IMG/VR virus record: IMGVR_UViG_3300042386_001233
Location: 179,822-243,821 of that record
Direction: 5' to 3' (one strand)
DNA length: 64,000 nt
In this document: piece by piece, positions 18,962 through 26,894 of the stretch
How positions within the stretch are numbered: the first letter of the stretch is position 1
Layout of the letters: every line of letters begins with the position of its first letter
Notes under the pieces: model-generated
What the model saw: the letters and a program-made list of their open reading frames with translations, nothing else
Databases searched by the model: none
Told to the model about the DNA's origin: nothing
Position numbers and translations under genes: made by a program

Positions 18962-19437
18962 ATGATCGTCCCAAACTGCTTCTCAAAATATTTAGAATTA
19001 GAAGCATTGAAAGCACACTCCTCACCAAGATAGAAATATGCCCCGATACACTTTGCTCTTGGAGTATCGTCATTGATACTATCCATAATATGTTTGATAG
19101 TATTTCCAGAACAAATCAAATCATCAATAATAACGTATCGAGATGGAGTAACGCCTTCAATAAAAAATTCGCTATATCGTTTTTCATCCTTGCGAACGAT
19201 AATAATATTTTTATTAAGAATCTCTGCAATCTGTGGCACTACCATCAAACCACTTACGCCACAACAGGCAATGCTATCAAAATCATTCTCAATCTTACGC
19301 AGAGAGCAGATAGCCTTGATAATCACACCATTCCTATATTTGTGATTTAACACTCGGCTAGTATGAGCAGCCCCTTGAATTATCTTGCCGTCTGGGGTAC
19401 GCCGAAAATCATCAAGCTCTTGCTGAAAAGCGTTCAT
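18934..19437 (-). CDS. type I phosphoribosyltransferase-like protein
   Basis: YVIIDDLICSGNT PRPP-binding loop. Confidence 0.8.
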   Translation of the reverse strand: MNAFQQELDDFRRTPDGKIIQGAAHTSRVLNHKYRNGVIIKAICSLRKIENDFDSIACCGVSGLMVVPQIAEILNKNIIIVRKDEKRYSEFFIEGVTPSRYVIIDDLICSGNTIKHIMDSINDDTPRAKCIGAYFYLGEECAFNASNSKYFEKQFGTIILNPYQPKT

Positions 19438-19439
19438 AA

Positions 19440-19524
19440 AGTGTGTGGTCGGATTTGAACCGACAATCCCGATAAGAAAGAAAGGAATTAAGAATAGGGT
19501 CTAGTCCCACCTAGATGCACACAC
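19440..19524 (-). tRNA. tRNA-like gene with 13-nt pyrimidine-rich insertion in anticodon loop (pseudo or intron-containing; anticodon ambiguous)
   Basis: GTGTGTG/CACACAC acceptor, TCTA/TAGA D-stem, GTCGG-TTCAAAT-CCGAC T-arm; 20-nt anticodon loop. Confidence 0.6.
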
Positions 19525-19530
19525 AAAAAA

Positions 19531-19707
19531 TCAATCTTCATCTTCCTCAATACTAGGATAATAGTTCTTGCCATAAGATGGAACCTCGTCATCTTCTTCC
19601 TCAAGATCATTCATCCAAGGTTCTTCATCCAGACCAAGATCCTCGGTATTTTCTACCAATTCATCGTAGTCATAGTTATAGCCGTCATAGTAATCTTCAT
19701 ATCTCAT
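19531..19707 (-). CDS. hyperacidic small protein, 58 aa
   Basis: hand-translated; 24 D/E vs 2 K/R; own promoter. Confidence 0.65.
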   Translation of the reverse strand: MRYEDYYDGYNYDYDELVENTEDLGLDEEPWMNDLEEEDDEVPSYGKNYYPSIEEDED

Positions 19708-19731
19708 ATTTCTACTCCCTTTCTTACCTCT

Positions 19732-19759
19732 ATTCTACACCAACAATCGTCACTGTCAA
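19732..19759 (-). promoter_or_regulatory. sigma70-type promoter TTGACA-16-TAGAAT
   Basis: direct match. Confidence 0.6.
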
Positions 19760-19760
19760 G

Positions 19761-19833
19761 TGGGCCCTCGGGGACTCGAACCCCGAACCTATCGGTTAAA
19801 AGCCGAATGCTCTGCCAATTGAGCTAAAGGCCC
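19761..19833 (-). tRNA. tRNA-Lys(TTT)
   Basis: canonical cloverleaf, CTTTTAA loop. Confidence 0.92.
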
Positions 19834-19839
19834 GCCTTA

Positions 19840-20016
19840 TTATTCGGTTACGGTAATTTCCTCGTAAGAATAACTTTGGATATTTTCGGTTGTAAAATCA
19901 TACAGCTTGTCGAAAACATCGACCCAATCAAAATCCTCTTGCATAGAGAGAGTAATTTCGGCCAGAGATTTACCATCCTCAGTCAGAATATCATAGATGC
20001 GAAGGTTCTTCATCAT
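19840..20016 (-). CDS. hypothetical acidic protein
   Basis: ORF after promoter 20039-20067 and RBS. Confidence 0.6.
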   Translation of the reverse strand: MMKNLRIYDILTEDGKSLAEITLSMQEDFDWVDVFDKLYDFTTENIQSYSYEEITVTE

Positions 20017-20038
20017 CACTTTCCTTTCTTGTTCCAAC

Positions 20039-20067
20039 AGTCTACCATACCAATATCGTCCTGTCAA
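20039..20067 (-). promoter_or_regulatory. sigma70-type promoter TTGACA-17-TAGACT
   Basis: direct match; CGATA in spacer. Confidence 0.65.
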
Positions 20068-20086
20068 CACCCAAAACTTTAAGATT

Positions 20087-20134
20087 CTCGCTGACTATCG
20101 CCAAGACCACCAAATCCGTAGGATTAGCAGAAAC
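20087..20134. repeat. 48-bp repeat family B, copy 6
   Basis: gap-free alignment to family. Confidence 0.8.
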
Positions 20135-20137
20135 AAA

Positions 20138-20209
20138 TGACCCCACTGGGTTACGCTCCCAGGTCTCCGGCGTGAAAGGCCAGCGTACTAACTACTATAC
20201 TATGGGGCC
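20138..20209 (-). tRNA. tRNA-Glu(TTC), non-canonical T-loop AGCGTAA
   Basis: cloverleaf, CTGGC-CTTTCAC-GCCGG. Confidence 0.8.
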
Positions 20210-20244
20210 GCACTCGCAACTCAAACATCAGCCTCCGATTAGCA

Positions 20245-20273
20245 ATCATACATCTGTTATCGGCAGTTGTCAA
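20245..20273 (-). promoter_or_regulatory. sigma70-type promoter TTGACA-17-TATGAT
   Basis: direct match; CGATA in spacer. Confidence 0.65.
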
Positions 20274-20291
20274 GGCCAGCCTTTAGAAAAT

Positions 20292-20373
20292 CCTAAGTCT
20301 TTATGGTACAAGCACTTACGTCGAAGGCGGTCCGCCACATTTGTTCTAAGTCCTTTCATACCAACAACTTAGT
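20292..20373. repeat. 82-bp element A3
   Basis: 29+24+29; last base coincides with tRNA-Tyr discriminator. Confidence 0.9.
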
Positions 20374-20454
20374 GGTAGATGCTGGATTCGAACCAGCGAA
20401 GGCAATGCCAGCAGATTTACAGTCTGCCCTCGTTGTCCACTTGAGTAATCTACC
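20373..20454 (-). tRNA. tRNA-Tyr(GTA)
   Basis: cloverleaf with long variable arm. Confidence 0.92.
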
Positions 20455-20458
20455 TAAA

Positions 20459-20545
20459 CGGCTGGAACAGGATTCGAACCTGTGGACGGTTTTAATCGTC
20501 ACATCTTTAGCAAAGATGCGCATTAGACCACTCTGCCATCCAGCC
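20459..20545 (-). tRNA. tRNA-Ser(GCT)
   Basis: cloverleaf, long variable arm, G73. Confidence 0.92.
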
Positions 20546-21224
20546 TCAGTTCTTTTCTATTAGTATTTATCCCGTATTCTTTTGCCCATTTTCTTACAGC
20601 ATTATCTGATACGTCAAATATTGCAGCAGTTTGTGTCCAATTATTCTTTATAAGTAACGCTATTAATTCTTCTTTTGATGGTCTTTCTTTTACTTTTCTT
20701 CTATTTATTTTTGCACAAGTATATGAGCAGTATTTTTTATTGTATGTATTATTGTAACAAACAACACATGCATTGTATTGTTTTTTTTGTTTTTTTCTAG
20801 AGATAGACGATTCTAGATCTACTGCTCTATAGGTCTGTTGTTTTATATTAGTTCTAGATTCTTTATATCCATTTAACTCTTCATGTAGTTCTCTATGACA
20901 GTTAGAGCATAACAATAAACACTTATCCGCTTCTTGTGTTAATTTTTTCCAACTCTGAGTATTTCCATTACTAGACAATCCAAAATCTTTTTCGTTTGGA
21001 TCCTTATGATGGAAATCTAAAGCTGAAACGCACTTATTATAACCGCACTTTTCACACTTTCCACCCTTATAGTCTACTAAATCTTTTTTGAGTCTTTTTC
21101 TTTTTCTACTAACAGCATCCATCCTGCATTTAGTACAACGATAATATCCTCTATTTTCCAGAATAAACTTTACATCACCATGATGTTTACAGTTTCTAGT
21201 TATATACCTATCTTTATTTTCCAT
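20523..21224 (-). CDS. HNH endonuclease with C-terminal HTH-like domain
   Basis: CEKCG..LDFHH..KCLLLCSNCHRELH; 3' end overlaps tRNA-Ser. Confidence 0.85.
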   Translation of the reverse strand: MENKDRYITRNCKHHGDVKFILENRGYYRCTKCRMDAVSRKRKRLKKDLVDYKGGKCEKCGYNKCVSALDFHHKDPNEKDFGLSSNGNTQSWKKLTQEADKCLLLCSNCHRELHEELNGYKESRTNIKQQTYRAVDLESSISRKKQKKQYNACVVCYNNTYNKKYCSYTCAKINRRKVKERPSKEELIALLIKNNWTQTAAIFDVSDNAVRKWAKEYGINTNRKELRLDGRVV

Positions 21225-21242
21225 GACCTATTTTTCTAAAAG

Positions 21243-21314
21243 CTGTGGGAACTGGTTCTGCCCCAGTATCTTACACTTTAACAGAGTGCCGCATTACTGT
21301 TATGCTATCCCACA
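21243..21314 (-). tRNA. tRNA-Asn(GTT), non-canonical T-loop GGCAGAA
   Basis: cloverleaf GCACT-CTGTTAA-AGTGT. Confidence 0.8.
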
Positions 21315-21385
21315 ATGGTATGTCTTGATCGTTATACCATATAATACACCAAAGTTCGATTTTTAATCTGTTTTTCAATTAAATA

Positions 21386-21458
21386 ATCCGCGGGGTGGAT
21401 TTGAACCACCACTCAGCTGATCCAAAGTCAGCCGCTTTGCCAGTTAAGCTACCGCGGA
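21386..21458 (-). tRNA. tRNA-Gln(TTG)
   Basis: cloverleaf, U1-A72. Confidence 0.9.
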
Positions 21459-21463
21459 ACAAG

Positions 21464-21536
21464 AGCCAGTGGCAGGAGTTGCACCCGCGACATTCAAATT
21501 ACAAATTTGACGCTCTGCTGACTGAGCTACACTGGC
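21464..21536 (-). tRNA. tRNA-Thr(TGT)
   Basis: cloverleaf; T-loop TGCAACT. Confidence 0.85.
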
Positions 21537-21552
21537 ATACTACTAATTATAC

Positions 21553-21714
21553 TCAATAGTCCCCATTCTCGCAAGCCCTGCGATTTTCAGCGGATCGGGT
21601 TCGGGTTCGCTTGGGGCGATTGTCCATAACGGTATGACGGTGTTCCTTGTGACCCGTAGGAACTTGCCACTGCGGTCGAACCTTGATTTTGATATGGTTG
21701 CGTTTGGGTCGCAT
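21553..21714 (-). CDS. small basic protein
   Basis: MRPKRNHIKIK...DNRPKRTRTR; overlaps next ORF in another frame. Confidence 0.45.
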   Translation of the reverse strand: MRPKRNHIKIKVRPQWQVPTGHKEHRHTVMDNRPKRTRTRSAENRRACENGDY

Positions 21715-21961
21715 ATCGTCGTTGTTGTGGAGCGTAATCATGCCATTGTCCATTTTCGTGTAAGTAGAAAACCTTGTCAATATTAGGATCGTAAGCCATC
21801 AGACAGTATTGTACCGGATAAACTGGCTTTGTCAATACTTGTTTTTGCTCTTGTGAAGGATGACGCAAAGGTGGAATTTTTATATCACCCTTTTGGTAGT
21901 CCTTAACCCCATTATACGCCAGACCCACCACAGCAATCAATATCCCAATCCACTGGATCAT
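21587..21961 (-). CDS. membrane-anchored/secreted hypothetical protein
   Basis: N-terminal hydrophobic helix, RBS GGCGAG. Confidence 0.55.
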   Translation of the reverse strand: MIQWIGILIAVVGLAYNGVKDYQKGDIKIPPLRHPSQEQKQVLTKPVYPVQYCLMAYDPNIDKVFYLHENGQWHDYAPQQRRYATQTQPYQNQGSTAVASSYGSQGTPSYRYGQSPQANPNPIR

Positions 21962-22051
21962 TCTCTCGCCCTTTGTTGATTCCCTTCTCGTTCTCATATC
22001 CTTATTATCGACCAATCACCACCCTAAACTTTAGGAGTTTTCTGGAATTTC

Positions 22052-22133
22052 TCTAAGTCCGCATCCTGCAACAACTTACGTCAAATCCGGCCGCCCCCGC
22101 TCGCCCTAAGTGCTTATGCAGTAAGGGTTTGCG
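22052..22133. repeat. 82-bp element A4
   Basis: 29+24+29. Confidence 0.9.
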
Positions 22134-22304
22134 GAAAGTGTTACATATCCACTTCTGTCCTAATATACTCCATATCCTTCTCACACTTTGTGCAAAAGGG
22201 TTCGCCATTTTCGGAATAGAACCAAGGTTCAACATAAACTAGATTATCACAATCTGCACATTCCCACAAGTGCCTTACTTTTTTATCGTCTATTTTTGTC
22301 CACA

Positions 22305-22535
22305 TTATTCAATACTCCATCCGGCATCTTTGAGAATATGAGTAGTATGCAACACACAAGTTAATCCATCAGCATTTGTATAGTTTCTATATCCGCGTTC
22401 ATCAAGGTAGATATGTTCATCCAGCGTGTCGTTTTCATTTGTTTCCCATATAGCATCCATCGCAGCATCCCTCGGACATTTGTTGCAGGAATAAATTAGT
22501 TCTAGTGTCCCACATTTGATATAATACTTTGCCAT
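22305..22535 (-). CDS. hypothetical protein
   Basis: co-oriented ORF. Confidence 0.6.
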   Translation of the reverse strand: MAKYYIKCGTLELIYSCNKCPRDAAMDAIWETNENDTLDEHIYLDERGYRNYTNADGLTCVLHTTHILKDAGWSIE

Positions 22536-22537
22536 GA

Positions 22538-23107
22538 TTATCCCCTGTCTCTAAATTGTTGGCAGTGAACACAATTACACGCCCCATAACCATCAACATC
22601 TTCATCAGCATCATAATCAAACTTTCCATAAATATCTTCATCCCAATCAGTAAAACTCTCAATCCCAAGGTCAATCACAACCGGAACCCATGATCCTTTG
22701 CGTCGAACATAACCAAAGTTACCCTTGTGAGAATCATTATACTCTAAGCCATGCTCACCCAAATCATAAACTAGCTCAGAGATAGTAGTACCGTTCTTAC
22801 ATTCGCTCTGAAAACATTCACCATCACAATCCTCATCATGACATTCCGGCATAGTACGAGCCACTTCGGTCAAATAACCATGAGCAGTCAACTCACCATC
22901 ATGCCTACGAATCATACCAACATCCCCATATACCATAGGAGCCAAATTAAACTCGGCCAGATATTTTTGAACCCGATGGGCAAACTCTGCTTCTTGTTTA
23001 TTCTCAAATTCTTTAAAGCCCACACGTTTACGGCCAATCTTTTTGTCTTTAATAATATAGAAAGCATTTTTACTTCCTGCATCATCATACAATCCAACGT
23101 AGCTCAT
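22538..23107 (-). CDS. minimal protein-kinase-like (RIO/APH-type) protein
   Basis: GFK (beta3 Lys), DSHKGNFG catalytic loop, VIDLG metal-binding loop. Confidence 0.55.
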   Translation of the reverse strand: MSYVGLYDDAGSKNAFYIIKDKKIGRKRVGFKEFENKQEAEFAHRVQKYLAEFNLAPMVYGDVGMIRRHDGELTAHGYLTEVARTMPECHDEDCDGECFQSECKNGTTISELVYDLGEHGLEYNDSHKGNFGYVRRKGSWVPVVIDLGIESFTDWDEDIYGKFDYDADEDVDGYGACNCVHCQQFRDRG

Positions 23108-23140
23108 AGCTTTCCCTTTCCAAGTTGGTGATACTCCACC

Positions 23141-23169
23141 ATTCTACAGTATCTTATCGACAAATGCAA
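23141..23169 (-). promoter_or_regulatory. sigma70-type promoter TTGCAT-17-TAGAAT
   Basis: direct match; CGATA in spacer. Confidence 0.6.
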
Positions 23170-23188
23170 TAGTGAAACTTGAATAATC

Positions 23189-23270
23189 TCTAAAGTCTTA
23201 TGAGTCAAGGACTTACGACCGATCCGTCCGCTCGCCCTTGCCGTAAGTCTTTTACTGACAAGGATTTATA
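23189..23270. repeat. 82-bp element A5
   Basis: 29+24+29. Confidence 0.9.
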
Positions 23271-23324
23271 GAAAATCTCCTCTCCCCGTCAATTTTTGGT
23301 GTATTATTATTTAAAGGAGCTTTT

Positions 23325-23915
23325 ATGAAAAAAACACCCCAGTCCAAGATTGATAATAATTGTAAATGGGCTAAAAATAATGTTAATAAAGTACGTCAAT
23401 ATAAACGCAAATACAAACACGAACAAAAAAGATTAGCCAGAGAACATATTAAATTCATAAAAGAACTTTCTGGTTGTAAAACTTGTGGAAATAAAAATAT
23501 CCACTGTCTAGATTTCCATCATCGCCCTAAAACTAAAAAGAAAAATACAGTATGTAATCTTGTACGTCATGGATATTCTCTTGAAATAATTAAAAGAGAA
23601 ATAAAAAAATGTGATATTATTTGCTCTAATTGCCATAGAACATATCATTACACTGGCAAGTATATGAGGAATAAAAAAGGTGCCTTAGTACATACTATTA
23701 AATCAAATAGTAAGTGCTTATATTGTAGTTGTAATAATATAGAATGTCTAGATTTTCATCACACAGATGACAATAAAGAACATAGTATAGGTGCAATGAT
23801 ACGAGATAAAGCCGTATCTATAGAACAGTTAAAAACAGAGATTGAAAAATGTATCATACTCTGCTCTAACTGTCATAGAACGCTTCATGCTAATGACAGG
23901 GAAAAAGAACATTAG
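23325..23915 (+). CDS. HNH endonuclease with two tandem HNH modules
   Basis: two copies of CxxC..CLDFHH...KC..xCSNCHRTxH. Confidence 0.8.
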   Translation: MKKTPQSKIDNNCKWAKNNVNKVRQYKRKYKHEQKRLAREHIKFIKELSGCKTCGNKNIHCLDFHHRPKTKKKNTVCNLVRHGYSLEIIKREIKKCDIICSNCHRTYHYTGKYMRNKKGALVHTIKSNSKCLYCSCNNIECLDFHHTDDNKEHSIGAMIRDKAVSIEQLKTEIEKCIILCSNCHRTLHANDREKEH

Positions 23916-24600
23916 GCTTATCTTTATCGAGACACATATTGCAAGCCTGACTATCCTTTGTTCCAGTGCATGTAACAAATGAACGACCACGACGAATCTC
24001 TGGACAAGTGATAAACTTTTCACCTTCAAGTATTACCAGTTTCGGTAGAGCCTGACGCCATGCGTCTGCCTTTGCTTTATTTTTGGGTCGCTTTGGTGCA
24101 ATTTTTTGGTCGCTGTCACACCATGCGAACTTGGTAAAACCCTTAGATTTTGCAATCTTCATATGTTCACCATTATGAATACTAGCAAAGATAGAAAAAT
24201 ACTTGCCAAGTTGTGCTGGAATACGCTCGTCATAAACATGGGTATAAAACCACATTTTTGGCAAAGTATCACCATCGGCCAGAATACTATCGCAAGCCCA
24301 GACTACATTCTCTACAAAGCTAATATCAAGTTCGCCATTCAGCAACCAATCGCCACGTTCCATAAATCGAATACTACGATTACGACGCTTGGCTTCTAGA
24401 ATCATAGAGCGGATACGATTCTTTTCTGTGATAAGATTCTGCATACCAGCAGGGCGAACACCCGGATAAATCTTCTCAGTGTTTTCGGCATAACAACCAT
24501 TATCAAGAAATGCACAGTCTGGCGGGCAAGTATCCCCAACCGGGCGAGAAACTACCAGACAATTTTTGCCGAGCTTGTCATTACCTTCAGCGTACTTCAT
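23890..24600 (-). CDS. GP88-like Cys-rich phage protein
   Basis: GNDKLG, TCPPDC..GCYA, C-terminal CP...C....C..C pattern. Confidence 0.6.
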   Translation of the reverse strand: MKYAEGNDKLGKNCLVVSRPVGDTCPPDCAFLDNGCYAENTEKIYPGVRPAGMQNLITEKNRIRSMILEAKRRNRSIRFMERGDWLLNGELDISFVENVVWACDSILADGDTLPKMWFYTHVYDERIPAQLGKYFSIFASIHNGEHMKIAKSKGFTKFAWCDSDQKIAPKRPKNKAKADAWRQALPKLVILEGEKFITCPEIRRGRSFVTCTGTKDSQACNMCLDKDKPNVLFPCH

Positions 24601-24621
24601 GTTCTTCTCCTGTGTCTACTG

Positions 24622-24650
24622 ATTCTACACTATGGTATCGGCATAGTCAA
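24622..24650 (-). promoter_or_regulatory. sigma70-type promoter TTGACT-17-TAGAAT
   Basis: direct match; CGATA in spacer. Confidence 0.7.
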
Positions 24651-24678
24651 GCGAAAAACTTCAAAAAATTATTCTTGA

Positions 24679-24760
24679 TGCAAGTTGTTGTGAAATAAGG
24701 ACTTACGACGAACCGGGGCGGCCGGGCTTGTCCTAAGTGCTTATGCAGTAAGGGTTTATG
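24679..24760. repeat. 82-bp element A6
   Basis: 29+24+29; site-2 N19 identical to A4. Confidence 0.9.
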
Positions 24761-24765
24761 ACAAA

Positions 24766-24839
24766 CGAGAGCGACGGGACTCGAACCCGCAACCTCTAGC
24801 GTGACAAGCTAGCGATCTAACCAATTGATCTACGCCCCC
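24766..24839 (-). tRNA. tRNA-Asp(GTC)
   Basis: canonical cloverleaf. Confidence 0.92.
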
Positions 24840-24844
24840 AATAA

Positions 24845-24916
24845 TAGCCCCAAGAGGAATCGAACCTCTAACCAGTGCTTAGAAGGCACTTGTTATATCC
24901 ATTTAACTATGGGGCC
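24845..24916 (-). tRNA. tRNA-Arg(TCT)
   Basis: canonical cloverleaf. Confidence 0.92.
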
Positions 24917-24981
24917 GCAATACCGCAAGCCCCCACGGCGTCCCGTGGAGGCTCGCAGCCATTATAACTCCTTAGAGTCGA

Positions 24982-25239
24982 TCACGCAACTGCTTCAGTA
25001 GTTTCCTTTTCTACCTTACCGTCATGGGCATCACCAGCCTGTTCAGCAGTCACACCCGTAACCCTCGCTCGCCACACCTTATAACCTTGCTCGCTGAAAG
25101 CCTTGACCTCACCGGCCTTGACATTAGCGTGAACATCGCCAGGAAGGCTATCGCTCAGGCAATCACGAATCGAATCAACCACGCCGTCACGATCAAGCTC
25201 ATCGGCCACAACATCAACCACAAAACTAAACTTCTTCAT
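24982..25239 (-). CDS. hypothetical protein
   Basis: ORF with GGAG RBS. Confidence 0.65.
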   Translation of the reverse strand: MKKFSFVVDVVADELDRDGVVDSIRDCLSDSLPGDVHANVKAGEVKAFSEQGYKVWRARVTGVTAEQAGDAHDGKVEKETTEAVA

Positions 25240-25375
25240 CTTACATTCTCCAAAAAGTGTTACAGTTACCAAATCGTTCTAGTATCAGTATACGCTACTG
25301 TTACCCACTTGTCAAGTCCGTCGTGATGGTTTCTGTTGTTGGCATCATCGCGGAGTCTTGTCTCGTGATACTCTC

Positions 25376-25404
25376 ATTCTACAGTATAGTATCGTCATTG
25401 TCAA
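25376..25404 (-). promoter_or_regulatory. sigma70-type promoter TTGACA-17-TAGAAT
   Basis: direct match; CGATA in spacer. Confidence 0.75.
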
Positions 25405-25443
25405 GCCGGAACTTGAGTGTCCCTCAAAAATTTTTGTTTTTGT

Positions 25444-25525
25444 CCTAAGTTGTTTGCTGATAAGGACTTATGTCAAATTCGGCCCGCCCCGTTTGCCGTA
25501 AGTCTTTACAGCATAGGGGTTTAGG
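25444..25525. repeat. 82-bp element A7
   Basis: 29+24+29; abuts stop of bL12-like gene. Confidence 0.9.
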
Positions 25526-25900
25526 TTATGAGAGATAACCCTCACAACCCAATCCAGCCAGATCACGCAGCAGTGCCTCTGCCGCTTCGGGCGTTTTCAG
25601 CATCATGCTCTGCTTGGTTCCTGCCGGTGCCGGATACCACTTGTCGTACTTCCAACCACCAACCAGAAAGTCGGTCCAATCCTTTGCCTCTTTCAGTCCC
25701 CACCCGGTGTGAAGACGAATAGCTTTGATGCAAGGGATACGATTATCCGTATTCATTCCAGCAGTAATCGTCACACAACGACGCTGGTTCACACCCAGTG
25801 CAACTTCCAACGAGCAAACAATCTTCTCGAACATGTCGAGACTGCAACCGTTGGCAATCATGTTCAGAGACTCACGGACGCTCAGTTCGACTTTGATCAT
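25526..25900 (-). CDS. ribosomal protein bL12 (L7/L12) C-terminal-domain-like protein
   Basis: NRIPCIKAIRLHTGWGLKEAKDWTD resembles KIxVIKxVRxxTGLGLKEAKxLVE. Confidence 0.7.
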   Translation of the reverse strand: MIKVELSVRESLNMIANGCSLDMFEKIVCSLEVALGVNQRRCVTITAGMNTDNRIPCIKAIRLHTGWGLKEAKDWTDFLVGGWKYDKWYPAPAGTKQSMMLKTPEAAEALLRDLAGLGCEGYLS

Positions 25901-26381
25901 AAATTCCAAAACTTTCTGTATACTTAGGGTCTATCTCGTAAATGCCGTCAAAATTTCCGTTACGTTCTTCCAGAATATGTACCTGTCGCCCATCGGTAAC
26001 TAAGGTGTCATACTCACTGTTATCCCAAACAAATTCACCACCATCACTCTCCCTACGCCAATGTACGTCTTTGATTGGGTTATAATACAACTTCTCAAGA
26101 TTGTCAATAGGCAAAGAGGGATAAAAATCCTTGCGAAGCATAACTTCTTCACACTGCACCCAACCACTAACATTCTTTTTCTGTTTCTTATTGACCCATT
26201 TTGCCCTAGCTACCTTATTTACCAGCTTGCAACCACGCATCTCTAACTGGTATTCTGTAGGATCTACATAAAATTGGTCAACCCTTTTCTTACCCTGCAT
26301 AATATTTACTTGCCACTTCCGATAGTTCTGCCCATTGAGCAGATGGAATCGTACTTCGGCGTGTTTTTCGACCGTTTTCAT
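25872..26381 (-). CDS. hypothetical protein
   Basis: 169-aa ORF. Confidence 0.7.
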   Translation of the reverse strand: MKTVEKHAEVRFHLLNGQNYRKWQVNIMQGKKRVDQFYVDPTEYQLEMRGCKLVNKVARAKWVNKKQKKNVSGWVQCEEVMLRKDFYPSLPIDNLEKLYYNPIKDVHWRRESDGGEFVWDNSEYDTLVTDGRQVHILEERNGNFDGIYEIDPKYTESFGIYDQSRTERP

Positions 26382-26623
26382 TTACCTCTCCCGATAACAA
26401 CGCATGACGTAGGCTCGTCGCCTTCCATATCCTTGTAGTACGTTGCGTGTCGCCCATTATACCAATAAAGCTTTTCTTGTCCATCCCAATTATCATCAAC
26501 AACAACAGCCCCATTCCTCTGAACTTCGATATTGTCGTATCCACCCTCGTAACCCGGCACCAGTACCAGCATATCTTGGGGTAGCTTGTTCAGTTCTTCG
26601 ATCAATTCGGCAACAGTCATCAT
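26378..26623 (-). CDS. hypothetical protein
   Basis: MTVAELIEELNKLPQDMLV..GYEGG phage motif. Confidence 0.7.
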   Translation of the reverse strand: MMTVAELIEELNKLPQDMLVLVPGYEGGYDNIEVQRNGAVVVDDNWDGQEKLYWYNGRHATYYKDMEGDEPTSCVVIGRGK

Positions 26624-26644
26624 ATTCCCTTTCGTGTTACCACT

Positions 26645-26673
26645 ATCTTACACTACTATTATCGACAAGTCAA
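26645..26673 (-). promoter_or_regulatory. sigma70-type promoter TTGACT-17-TAAGAT
   Basis: direct match; CGATA in spacer. Confidence 0.6.
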
Positions 26674-26701
26674 GAGGGAATCTTGAAAAAATATTGCTAA
26701 T

Positions 26702-26783
26702 CGTAAAGTCTTTAGAGATAAGGACTTACGTCGAAACCGGCCCGCCCGATTTGCTCTAAGTCGTTATGTAGCGGTAACTTATG
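26702..26783. repeat. 82-bp element A8
   Basis: 29+24+29; supplies TAG stop of 26756-26890. Confidence 0.9.
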
Positions 26784-26890
26784 TACCACCAACCACAATC
26801 TCCGCATAAACTCCAAACAAGACCATGCTTATCAACAGTATACATAATTTCATTACAGTTGCCACAACCACACATGTTAAAAGTTTTCAT
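26756..26890 (-). CDS. small zinc-ribbon protein
   Basis: CGCGNC...CGDC. Confidence 0.5.
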   Translation of the reverse strand: MKTFNMCGCGNCNEIMYTVDKHGLVWSLCGDCGWWYISYRYITT

Positions 26891-26894
26891 AATT

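Noticed and set aside
24922-24956. 14-bp hairpin before tRNA-Arg as a terminator
   Set aside because: No U-tract; more likely a processing or leader stem and not distinctive enough to report
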